Positions 35,439-43,211 of a stretch of 57,500 nt of DNA are shown here, one piece after another. Source of the stretch: Deltaproteobacteria bacterium (GTDB taxonomy: Bacteria > Bdellovibrionota_B > Oligoflexia > Oligoflexales > Bog-1112); contig JAHFAI010000006.1 in assembly GCA_023250635.1 (NCBI GenBank), positions 1 to 57,500 of the forward strand, written 5' to 3'. Position numbers and translations under genes: made by a program. The notes under the pieces are model-generated. The model saw only the letters and a program-made list of their open reading frames with translations, was not told the DNA's origin and did no database searches. How positions within the stretch are numbered: the stretch's first letter is position 1; each line of letters starts with the position of its first letter.

Positions 35439-36599
35439 CTATTTTTTCTCAGGCAGCATTTCAGGGACACTCACCGTAATCGAAACTGATGGTTTTTCCA
35501 ACGGAAAATTACCCATAAAGGTTCCGGCAGCTTTCCCCAAAATCACGCTTAATTCCGCAGCCTGAGAGGAAAAGAGCTGCTCCTCATCCCCAAGAATCAG
35601 CAAGCCTTTACGAGCCCAAAGATTTGCTGATGTGCGATACCCCTTGGCAAGCAGGGACTTTGCCTTATCCAGGCACTCTTGAATCAGCATCTCTTGAGGC
35701 TGTAACCGACAAGCACTGCTATAGGGGGTGGTAAGAACTTCATTGGTCACTTCATCAGCAGAACGGTGCGTCAAGGTGGTTAGCGAAACAAAGTAAGCGT
35801 CAAGGAGACCTTTCTGAATCTCCGCTTTACTGAGTGCGCCATCCATAAAATTCTCACCGAAGCCAATAAAGCTTTCGACATCGTCTCTGCGTACCATTAA
35901 AAGGTTTTCGCCCTGAGCATTGCCCTCGGGAAATAATTCCAAATAATTTTTAACTCCCCGCAGGTAACAAAAATCTCCTGGGCGTAACTGCTCGCAAGGA
36001 ATGCCCACAAAATAATTCCCAATAAAGGAACTAATCACCAGCGGTCGTGAATCTCCTTCTGATAAAGCAAGGCGACGATCAAGGGCACTTAGCGCTTCGA
36101 GATCTATGCCTTTTAGCTGGCAATACAGTGCGAACATATAAGTCTGGGCTAAACCCCGTGCTAAAGTGCAGTCAAGAATAAGTTGGCTCGAATTATAAGC
36201 AAGATCTTCAAGAACATCGAGGATTCTTACTCTCTCTGGAAGAAGTGGCTCATGAGAAATATACGAATCGCCTCCTGAACCATAGGATAAAATCCATAGC
36301 CCTGACAACCTACTGCCCAGTTCATTTCGCTCCAGAACACGCAGGACGTAATCCTCAGCCTCCTCATGGGCTTGACACGGAAATAACGAAGCGTATTGAC
36401 GATCTTCCTGGGTAAGCTGCAATAAGCTTAAGGTCTTATGTTTAGGGAAACGCCCTTTTTCACTTAATTTTTGCAGGAATAATGCCGTCTTATCTATAAG
36501 AACGCCATCGAAACTGCCGGTACCAATGCTTGTGCTTGCCTGCAAATGAGCAGACCAACTCAACAAGAGCATGAAAATAAAGCAAAAAGCGACTTTCAT
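35439..36599 (-). CDS. Secreted hypothetical protein with Tgl-like (papain-fold transglutaminase) motifs
   Basis: Signal peptide; LILDCTLA and LRPGDFCYL...NAQGENLL resemble the Tgl motifs AFECATA and PGDxxY...WRGEN. Confidence 0.5.
   Translation of the reverse strand: MKVAFCFIFMLLLSWSAHLQASTSIGTGSFDGVLIDKTALFLQKLSEKGRFPKHKTLSLLQLTQEDRQYASLFPCQAHEEAEDYVLRVLERNELGSRLSGLWILSYGSGGDSYISHEPLLPERVRILDVLEDLAYNSSQLILDCTLARGLAQTYMFALYCQLKGIDLEALSALDRRLALSEGDSRPLVISSFIGNYFVGIPCEQLRPGDFCYLRGVKNYLELFPEGNAQGENLLMVRRDDVESFIGFGENFMDGALSKAEIQKGLLDAYFVSLTTLTHRSADEVTNEVLTTPYSSACRLQPQEMLIQECLDKAKSLLAKGYRTSANLWARKGLLILGDEEQLFSSQAAELSVILGKAAGTFMGNFPLEKPSVSITVSVPEMLPEKK
35464..35487. repeat. 24-bp perfect direct repeat, copy 2 (inside the 3' end of the 35439..36599 CDS)
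   Basis: Identical to 33443..33466; encodes VSITVSVP on the minus strand. Confidence 0.95.
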
Positions 36600-36712
36600 T
36601 AAAAATTCCTTTTAAGAGCATTTTACGCCGATGCTAAACTATACTCCTGGCGGGTCAAGTTTTTTTTAGGCTTATTAAAGAATTTCTGTACAGCCCCGAA
36701 TTTAAAGGGATT

Positions 36713-36750
36713 TAATTAGGCCGTGGCGCGAAAGCGCCACGGCCTAATTA
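36713..36750. repeat. Solitary hairpin module A
   Basis: TAATTA-GGCCGTGGCGC-GAAA-GCGCCACGGCC-TAATTA; same hairpin as 52810..52835 and 42721..42746. Confidence 0.9.
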
Positions 36751-36847
36751 CACCATAAAAATCAAAGCTCAAAGCAGGCGGAGCGAAAAACGAAAAAAAA
36801 GAGGCAGGACCGTTCCCGCAAGGGAAAACCACCAACGACGGGGTTTG

Positions 36848-37591
36848 TTAGGTAAAATACTGCCCACCATTGATATTAATCGTCTGACCGGTAATATAAG
36901 CAGCAGCCGGGGAACACAGAAACCAAGCAGCAGCTGCTACTTCCTCAGGCAGACCGATCCGACCAAGGGGCACTGCTTGGAGCTTTTTAATAAAATCCAG
37001 CGTACCTATTTCTTGTTGCAGCATATCGGTAGCGATCAACCCGGGGGCGATAGCGTTGACGGTAATGCCAGCAAAACCGTAGACCTTTGCCATCGAACGG
37101 GTTAGACCAATCAAGGCAGCCTTTGAGACTGCATAATGCACCGCAAGATTGCCGCCCCACTGACCACCAATAGAGGAAAGATTGACCATACTACCCCTTC
37201 GCCCCAGAACGCGCCAGCGCTCAGCTATCTGCTGACTCAAATAAAAAACCCCGCGAATATTAGTGTTCATTGCCAAATCCCAATCATCGAGGCTGATTTC
37301 AGCGAAGGGTTTTTGCTGCAAATAAGCTGCGTTGTTGATCAAGGCATCAGGCAAGAAATCAATCGCTGCCAGGTGAGCCTGCAGGGCATCTATGGAAGAT
37401 GGCTCTGCTTGATCAAGCAAAGCACAGCTTATGTTCGCACCTTTTTGACTATGGTAAGCCACCAATTGTTCGGCAAGTTCGCGTTGACAATGATAGGTAA
37501 ACAGTACCTGCGCACCCTGAGTGACAAAATGCTCAACTATGCTTTTACCAATACCACGACTACCACCGGTGATTAATACCTGCTTAAGCAT
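36848..37591 (-). CDS. SDR-family oxidoreductase (FabG-like)
   Basis: TGGSRGIG, LINNAA, SS, YAVSK, NAIAPG; ATG 37591 overlaps the upstream stop. Confidence 0.9.
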   Translation of the reverse strand: MLKQVLITGGSRGIGKSIVEHFVTQGAQVLFTYHCQRELAEQLVAYHSQKGANISCALLDQAEPSSIDALQAHLAAIDFLPDALINNAAYLQQKPFAEISLDDWDLAMNTNIRGVFYLSQQIAERWRVLGRRGSMVNLSSIGGQWGGNLAVHYAVSKAALIGLTRSMAKVYGFAGITVNAIAPGLIATDMLQQEIGTLDFIKKLQAVPLGRIGLPEEVAAAAWFLCSPAAAYITGQTININGGQYFT

Positions 37592-39314
37592 AGGGCCACA
37601 TTTTATCCATGGTTTGACCAGCAAGGAGCATAGGCACCACATCTTCTTGGCGATGAATATGGCAATGCACTAAGGCCGGGCCGGTCTGTTCAAGAAACTC
37701 GGGAACCGTTGCACGCATTTCTGCCGACGAGTTTATTTTATAGGCTTTTATACCGTAGGCGCGTGCGATAGCATCAAAATCAGGGTTCCACTTCCCCCCC
37801 GTCGAAGGATCTTCGGACCAATTAAAGTTTTGAAACTGCGAAACAATTCCTAGGCGATTGTTATCAAGGACGATAATTTTCAACGAAACTTGGTATTCAA
37901 TAATCGCAGCAAATTCTTGGATATTGATTTGCAAGGACCCATCCCCCACAAAGCACAGTACATCGACCCCTGGATTTGCCATGGCGGCACCGATAGCCGA
38001 TGGTAAATCATAGCCCATGGAGCCATGGCCACCGGAGGTCAACCAGCGTCGATGGGGTGTAGCCAAAGCAAAATGCCGAGCCACCCATTGCTGGTGAGAA
38101 CCAACCCCGGTTACCACCACACAATCACGGTTATTTTTAAGATAGCGCTCGCTAACAAATTCGATCACCTCTTGGGGGTGAAAAAGCCCGTCATTTTTAG
38201 GATAAGCAAGGCTAAATTCTTCCTTCCAGCCTGCGAGCTGGGCGAGCCATTCCTGACGCGCAGGTTTAGCTGCCGTGGTCAGCAAGGCACTTTGACTAAG
38301 GATCTCCCCAAGGGCTAGCCCGGCATCGACGCAAAGGGTAAGATCCTGACGAATGCGACTATACGAAATTTCTGTAGGATCGATGTCGATGCGCACGATT
38401 TTTGCCTGGGGAGCAAAATCCTGACAACGATTCCCGGTTTGGCGAATATCCAAACGAGCGCCGAGCACGATAACCAAATCGCTATGGTGAATCGCCTTAT
38501 TGGCATATTGGGTGCCAGTATGTCCCAAAAAGCCAAGGCTCAACGAATGCTCGCTGGGAAAGGCACTTAAGCCCAGTAAGCTCATCACCACGGGAACCTG
38601 CTGCTGTTCAACTAATTGGCGTAATAGACCACTGGCTTTAGCAGCTAAGACCCCCTGTCCCACTAACAGCACGGGACGTTCTGCTTGACTGAGCAGTAAG
38701 GCAGTTTTGGCCAGCTGCTGGGTAAGCTCCTCGTTTAACGAGGACCCAAGAAGGGGAGCATCCGCTTGTTTCACCCGCTCAGGGGCCTTGATAACCAAAC
38801 TTCGTTGCACGTCCATGGGTAGATCGACCACCACCGGCCCAGCTCGGCCTTCCTTTGCTAAAGCAAAGGCTCGATCAAAAAGTTCACCAACGCTATCGGT
38901 ATCGGTAGCCAGAAACACTGCTTTAGCAATGGGACGCATCATGGCAACGCAGTCGATTTCCTGGAAGCCGCGTTGACGCACTGGACGATCACCGCGCATA
39001 TCCCCACGACCTACTTGACCGGTGACCACCACCAAGGGTGTAGAATCGAAATATGCATCGGCTACCGGGGTAACAATATTCGTTGCTCCCGGGCCACTGG
39101 TCACCATCACCACCTGGGGCTGGCCACTCAGGCGTGCTTCAGCAAGAGCTGCATAACCTGCACCTTGCTCATGGCGAGCGCAGAAATAGGTAAGGCCTCG
39201 CTTAAGCGACGAATCAAGGGTCGGCGCAATGGTGCCACCGGGATAGAGATAGAGTTTTTTGATTCCATGGCGAACAAAACTATCGGCAATAAGATCAGCA
39301 CCAATCATCATCAC
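37584..39314 (-). CDS. ThDP-dependent enzyme, acetolactate-synthase-like (possible YerE-type carboligase)
   Basis: RHEQGAGY, TSGPGATN, GFQEID, GSMGYDLPSAIGA, GDGS...LDNN; no ilvH/ilvN small subunit nearby. Confidence 0.88.
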   Translation of the reverse strand: MMMIGADLIADSFVRHGIKKLYLYPGGTIAPTLDSSLKRGLTYFCARHEQGAGYAALAEARLSGQPQVVMVTSGPGATNIVTPVADAYFDSTPLVVVTGQVGRGDMRGDRPVRQRGFQEIDCVAMMRPIAKAVFLATDTDSVGELFDRAFALAKEGRAGPVVVDLPMDVQRSLVIKAPERVKQADAPLLGSSLNEELTQQLAKTALLLSQAERPVLLVGQGVLAAKASGLLRQLVEQQQVPVVMSLLGLSAFPSEHSLSLGFLGHTGTQYANKAIHHSDLVIVLGARLDIRQTGNRCQDFAPQAKIVRIDIDPTEISYSRIRQDLTLCVDAGLALGEILSQSALLTTAAKPARQEWLAQLAGWKEEFSLAYPKNDGLFHPQEVIEFVSERYLKNNRDCVVVTGVGSHQQWVARHFALATPHRRWLTSGGHGSMGYDLPSAIGAAMANPGVDVLCFVGDGSLQINIQEFAAIIEYQVSLKIIVLDNNRLGIVSQFQNFNWSEDPSTGGKWNPDFDAIARAYGIKAYKINSSAEMRATVPEFLEQTGPALVHCHIHRQEDVVPMLLAGQTMDKMWPYA

Positions 39315-39332
39315 TACCCTTCACCTGCGGGA

Positions 39333-40565
39333 TTAAGCAATTTCAATTCTGATCGTTTCATACACCCATTGAATACGCTCTTCGACCTGGCTGCGATTTT
39401 TCCCCTGGACGATAAACATCCCAAAGCGATCAGCATGGCTGCGAAGCGGTGGTATGGTGCAGCCCACTTCATAAGAAAATGCGAGCTTTTGCACCCAGCT
39501 TTGTTGACGAACCAGTTCTACCCCATGGATAGCCAGCAGGCGACCAGGAGGAGGGAAAAAATAGCGGTTAGCCACACACAACTGGGGCTCGGGCGTATAG
39601 GAGCTCAGCTCAAACTCCTCCCCCGTAGCCAAACGAATGCCCGCTTCGACGATATTTACGCCATAACCGAGAGGAATTAGACTTTCCGAAAAATCACCCC
39701 CGCTCAGCCGTGCTGCCACTTCGATTATTTTCGGTCCTTCAGCCGTAAGCACCAGATCACCTTTAATAATGCCATCACGGATGCCGAGGGCTTTGCTCGC
39801 TTTACTGATCAAACTATCCACTTGGCTAAGCTGCTCGGAGGAAAGGACACTGGGAACCCAACCTCCATTTTCGATAATATGGGGAGCAAACGCTGCAAGT
39901 TTTTCGTAATTGCGATCAGCAATCCCCGCAGTAATTACCGCGCTGTTTTTGATTATACTTTCCGTGCTCAACTGAAGCCCGAGAAGATACTCCTCGGCTA
40001 ACACCTGCCCACAAAAGCTCTCCGCTAGGCTGCGCTGATACAAGCTTCGCCAATCTCCGCGACCATCAAGAAGAAACACCCCTCGTGCACCACTGCGATC
40101 CACCGGTTTAATCACCACCGGCAGACCTTGTTGCTCAATAAAAACCGCAAGATCGTTTTCATCAGCTAATAAACGAAAAGCGGGGATTGGCACCCCCTGT
40201 TCAGCAAAACACTGCTTCATTTTATATTTATGGCAGGCCTTGATTGCTGCCGTCAAAGACAAAGCAGGTGTTTTCAAAAACTGAGCAACCTCAGCCACTA
40301 TTTCAGGAATATCCGAGCCCATTACGGTTATTCCAGCAATGTCCGAAAAGTAACGATAGGTTTTTAAATAGGAAATTATCCCCAGCACATCGCGAGTACT
40401 GACCACAGCGCTATCATCAGCAAGGTCAAAACCAGGTGAGGCGGGATTGCTATCGAACACCAAAACAAAATAGCCGAGGGCCTTGCCGGTCTTAATGGCA
40501 AAGAGCTGATCCGCACCTGCTCCCAAAAGTACCAAGACTTTTTGCTGATCTTGCTTATTGCTCAC
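39333..40565 (-). CDS. ATP-grasp ligase (amide/L-amino-acid ligase-like)
   Basis: LGAGADQ, HKYKMK, PVVIKPVDRSGARGV, AEEYL, KGDL, IIEVAARLSG. Confidence 0.85.
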   Translation of the reverse strand: MSNKQDQQKVLVLLGAGADQLFAIKTGKALGYFVLVFDSNPASPGFDLADDSAVVSTRDVLGIISYLKTYRYFSDIAGITVMGSDIPEIVAEVAQFLKTPALSLTAAIKACHKYKMKQCFAEQGVPIPAFRLLADENDLAVFIEQQGLPVVIKPVDRSGARGVFLLDGRGDWRSLYQRSLAESFCGQVLAEEYLLGLQLSTESIIKNSAVITAGIADRNYEKLAAFAPHIIENGGWVPSVLSSEQLSQVDSLISKASKALGIRDGIIKGDLVLTAEGPKIIEVAARLSGGDFSESLIPLGYGVNIVEAGIRLATGEEFELSSYTPEPQLCVANRYFFPPPGRLLAIHGVELVRQQSWVQKLAFSYEVGCTIPPLRSHADRFGMFIVQGKNRSQVEERIQWVYETIRIEIA

Positions 40566-40574
40566 AATCTGCTC

Positions 40575-41501
40575 CTAGTGCAGGGGCTTTTGGGCAATTA
40601 TCTGAACTTCTCGACCGATGTCGAGAGCAGCAAAAGATTGATATAGTTTTTGTTTAAGCACGTTGCTTCCCGCCTTATCTAGGCTTTTTTCTAATTGCAT
40701 CCGACGCCGATGACAGCTGCGCCCGAGAGTATCATCACCTATATAGTGATCCCCCATCAGCAAAAATATATCGATCGGAAAGGTCGCTTGACGCGAAAGT
40801 TCGTTAAGGCCATGACGAGCGAGCAAAGCACTCAGTGAGTCAAAGTTGAAGTAGTTAAGATGATGGGGCGGCGCGATCCACCACCGCGGTAAGGTGGTGG
40901 TTTTTGCAACGGCCATTTGAAAAGGATTATAGTCATTCGGTACAATCACACAAATAAGCCCACCCGGCACAAGCAAGCTCGCGATGGTTTTGAGCAGAGC
41001 ATCGGGGTGGGGAATATGTTCGAGCACTTCACCCAGATTGATTACGTCGAATTTCCCCAGAGTCTCTGCCAAAGATGCCGTTAAAAATTGCTCGATAATA
41101 GTCAGGCCTAAATTACGACTATGTTCGGCTGCCCGTTGGGACGGTTCTATGCCTACGGCGTCCCAGCCCCGTTGTTTACCAAGGAGGAGAAAATACCCGG
41201 GGCCCGAACCCACATCAAGTATACGTCGACACCCCACGGGAAGCTGTTGTTCAAACTGTTCGTAACGCTCCTGATACACCCCATTCCACCAAGGGAGATC
41301 TTCTTGGTAGCGCTCTAGATACAGTGGTTTTTCCTGGGAATAATATTCGTGCTGATATATTCGGGTAAGTTCTTCGTCGCTTGGTAGAGGAATTACATGT
41401 TTAAACTGGCACGTTTCGCAAGCAATAACGGTAAAACTTCCCACCTGATCTATGCAGTGCCCCTGGTGATTATGCCAATGGCGTTCGTCCGTTTGGTGCA
41501 T
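40575..41501 (-). CDS. Class I SAM-dependent methyltransferase with N-terminal CxxC
   Basis: CETC, ILDVGSGPG, GIEPS, VLEHIP, VPN, PPHHLNYF; type often found in glycan loci. Confidence 0.85.
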   Translation of the reverse strand: MHQTDERHWHNHQGHCIDQVGSFTVIACETCQFKHVIPLPSDEELTRIYQHEYYSQEKPLYLERYQEDLPWWNGVYQERYEQFEQQLPVGCRRILDVGSGPGYFLLLGKQRGWDAVGIEPSQRAAEHSRNLGLTIIEQFLTASLAETLGKFDVINLGEVLEHIPHPDALLKTIASLLVPGGLICVIVPNDYNPFQMAVAKTTTLPRWWIAPPHHLNYFNFDSLSALLARHGLNELSRQATFPIDIFLLMGDHYIGDDTLGRSCHRRRMQLEKSLDKAGSNVLKQKLYQSFAALDIGREVQIIAQKPLH

Positions 41502-41530
41502 CGGGATTCCTTCAACTATACGGGTAACTG

Positions 41531-41580
41531 GTAACTATTAAGATCTTGGTGCATCTTCGCTGCTTTCTTCATTGCTAAGC
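41531..41580. repeat. Degenerate partial copy of repeat module C
   Basis: GTAACTATTAAGATCTTGGTGCATCTTCGCTGCTTTCTTCATTGCT aligns to the reverse complement of 53050..53095. Confidence 0.7.
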
Positions 41581-41615
41581 AGTTAATTCATTCTCGTCCA
41601 AAATACCCCGGGTTC

Positions 41616-41719
41616 GAAATATGACCATATTTGATGTCGGCTAGGTTACGCTCTTTCTCACCGCACCTCAGCAAGAAAAATCTTTTAAATCTGACCAACA
41701 CCAAATATGGCTATATCTC
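41616..41719. repeat. Long imperfect inverted repeat (about 32-bp arms) directly after the PhyH gene stop
   Basis: GAAATATGACCATATTTGATGTCGGCTAGGTT vs AATCTGACCAACACCAAATATGGCTATATCTC; several mismatches are G-U-compatible on the minus strand. Confidence 0.7.
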
Positions 41720-41721
41720 CT

Positions 41722-42492
41722 TTAGCCAGGGGGTGGTAAGAGCATTTTTTTAACAAACATCGTAAACTCTATACTTACACGTGTATTTTTTCCATGATTC
41801 ACTGCTCCACCATGCAACATGCGATCATTAAATATGATAGCATCTCCTGGTTTTGTCTCTGCCAATATAATATTCAAATCAGCTTCTTCAACATCAATTT
41901 TCGGCTTTGAAAAACCATCGCGATATTCACCATGATAGGTCCAATTTTTTTTATGTGACCCTGGCACAACCCGCAAGCCATTTAAACCGGGTTCACAATA
42001 AATTGCCGCCCATACTTTGACTCGGGTAACGCCAGGCGGCGTTATACCATGATCCAATTCCCAAAACCAGGCATCCGCATGCAGTGGTCCCACGTCAGAA
42101 GATTGATTCGGCCGAACCAATCGCCAATAAAATTCCTCTCGTCCTAAATTTTCTTCATCTGAAATGGCAAACTTTCCGTAAATCTCTTCAAGAGCTTTAA
42201 GCAATGATGTTGAACGAATATAATCAACGGCATTTTGTGGTAGTACACGCTTTATTTTTGGCCAGGCAGTATGATGCTTTAATAAAGCAGATAATTCATG
42301 ATATTTTTCGATACCATATTCCCTGAATTTTTCACAAGCGTCGGGGGCATTTTTAATAATATTTTCAATCCATTGTTTTTCAATCAGCAAGCGTATAGCC
42401 TGTAATTCATCGGGATGAAAGCTCAGCCCTAAATAATATCCTTGCTCACCTTGCAGATGACCAAGGACTTGATTCGCTACCAAAGAATTCAT
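41722..42492 (-). CDS. Phytanoyl-CoA dioxygenase (PhyH)-like Fe(II)/2OG oxygenase
   Basis: PLHAD, LRVVPGSH, PGDAIIF..MLHGG..N....RVSIEF; visibly AT-richer than its neighbours. Confidence 0.85.
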   Translation of the reverse strand: MNSLVANQVLGHLQGEQGYYLGLSFHPDELQAIRLLIEKQWIENIIKNAPDACEKFREYGIEKYHELSALLKHHTAWPKIKRVLPQNAVDYIRSTSLLKALEEIYGKFAISDEENLGREEFYWRLVRPNQSSDVGPLHADAWFWELDHGITPPGVTRVKVWAAIYCEPGLNGLRVVPGSHKKNWTYHGEYRDGFSKPKIDVEEADLNIILAETKPGDAIIFNDRMLHGGAVNHGKNTRVSIEFTMFVKKMLLPPPG

Positions 42493-42526
42493 GCCAACCT
42501 CGAAGCTATTCAGATTTAGAAGACTC

Positions 42527-42644
42527 TTTGCGGCTTTCTTCGTTGCTGCGCGTGCTCACAGTCAGACAGCTGCTCCTGGTCTTGCCTTGAAAACAGCAAA
42601 ACTGCACCAAGCCTTGAGTCGTTAATAATATGCTGAGTAGTTAC
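42527..42644 (-). repeat. Repeat module C, reverse-orientation copy
   Basis: Aligns with the reverse complement of 52952..53071, e.g. CAGCAAAACTGCACCAAGCCTTGAGT...TGCTGAGTAGTTA. Confidence 0.85.
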
Positions 42645-42718
42645 TGAAGAAGGTTAATATATTTTCTTTGTTGTCGGCAAGTTGTTTTGCTGCGGCAGCC
42701 TACTGAACTATTGCTCGT

Positions 42719-42892
42719 TAGGCCGTGGTGCGAAAGCGCCACGGCCGTGTCCTGACGAACGCAGTGAGGAAGGATCTTTCAGATAACATCCTGATATCAC
42801 ACGACAGATCATTCGCCGATGCGGCTCAGGACACGGCTCTGGCATCGAAAAGGTAAGCCCTCTGAGGGCTTACCTTTTCGCGCCAGCGCCTA
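42719..42892 (-). repeat. Composite repeat A-B(reverse, diverged)-A'' flanked by TA
   Basis: Hairpin 42721..42746; reversed core 42747..42834; hairpin 42835..42890 with inner stem CGAAAAGGTAAGCCCT-c-t-GAGGGCTTACCTTTTCG. Confidence 0.88.
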
Positions 42893-43116
42893 GATAGCTG
42901 CTGACGATTGTCCTGGAGATGGGTACAAAAATCTCTGAGCACTGAAGTTGAATGTTTGGCTAAATCATCATTCACGGCACTGACGAGGCTTAAAACTTCC
43001 TCTTTGGTAGAAGCTTTAGCGGAGCTGTCCAAAAAAGAATCACTCTCTGAAATTTTAGAACGTGTCTTACAGCTGAGTACCAGGCTGATAGCAAGCAGAA
43101 CAATTGAAGTATTCAT
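42826..43116 (-). CDS. Small lipoprotein whose 3' end runs into the repeat (possibly disrupted)
   Basis: Lipobox LVLSC; the last ~22 codons and the stop derive from the repeat. Confidence 0.55.
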   Translation of the reverse strand: MNTSIVLLAISLVLSCKTRSKISESDSFLDSSAKASTKEEVLSLVSAVNDDLAKHSTSVLRDFCTHLQDNRQQLSRRWREKVSPQRAYLFDARAVS

Positions 43117-43153
43117 CTTGATACCCTTTTGTTTCTTTGTTTCTTGAGGGGAC

Positions 43154-43180
43154 TTATCGGCGACAAAGAAACTATCTTAA
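43154..43180 (-). promoter_or_regulatory. Putative sigma28 (FliA) promoter of the lipoprotein gene
   Basis: TTAA-N15-GCCGATAA, with an exact sigma28 -10 consensus. Confidence 0.55.
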
Positions 43181-43211
43181 AAAAAATAACTTCTTAATTT
43201 TATTGGTAATT

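Noticed and set aside
37584-39314. Housekeeping ilvB/ilvI call
   Set aside because: No regulatory subunit or other ilv/leu genes nearby; the context is a tailoring operon, so no gene symbol was assigned.
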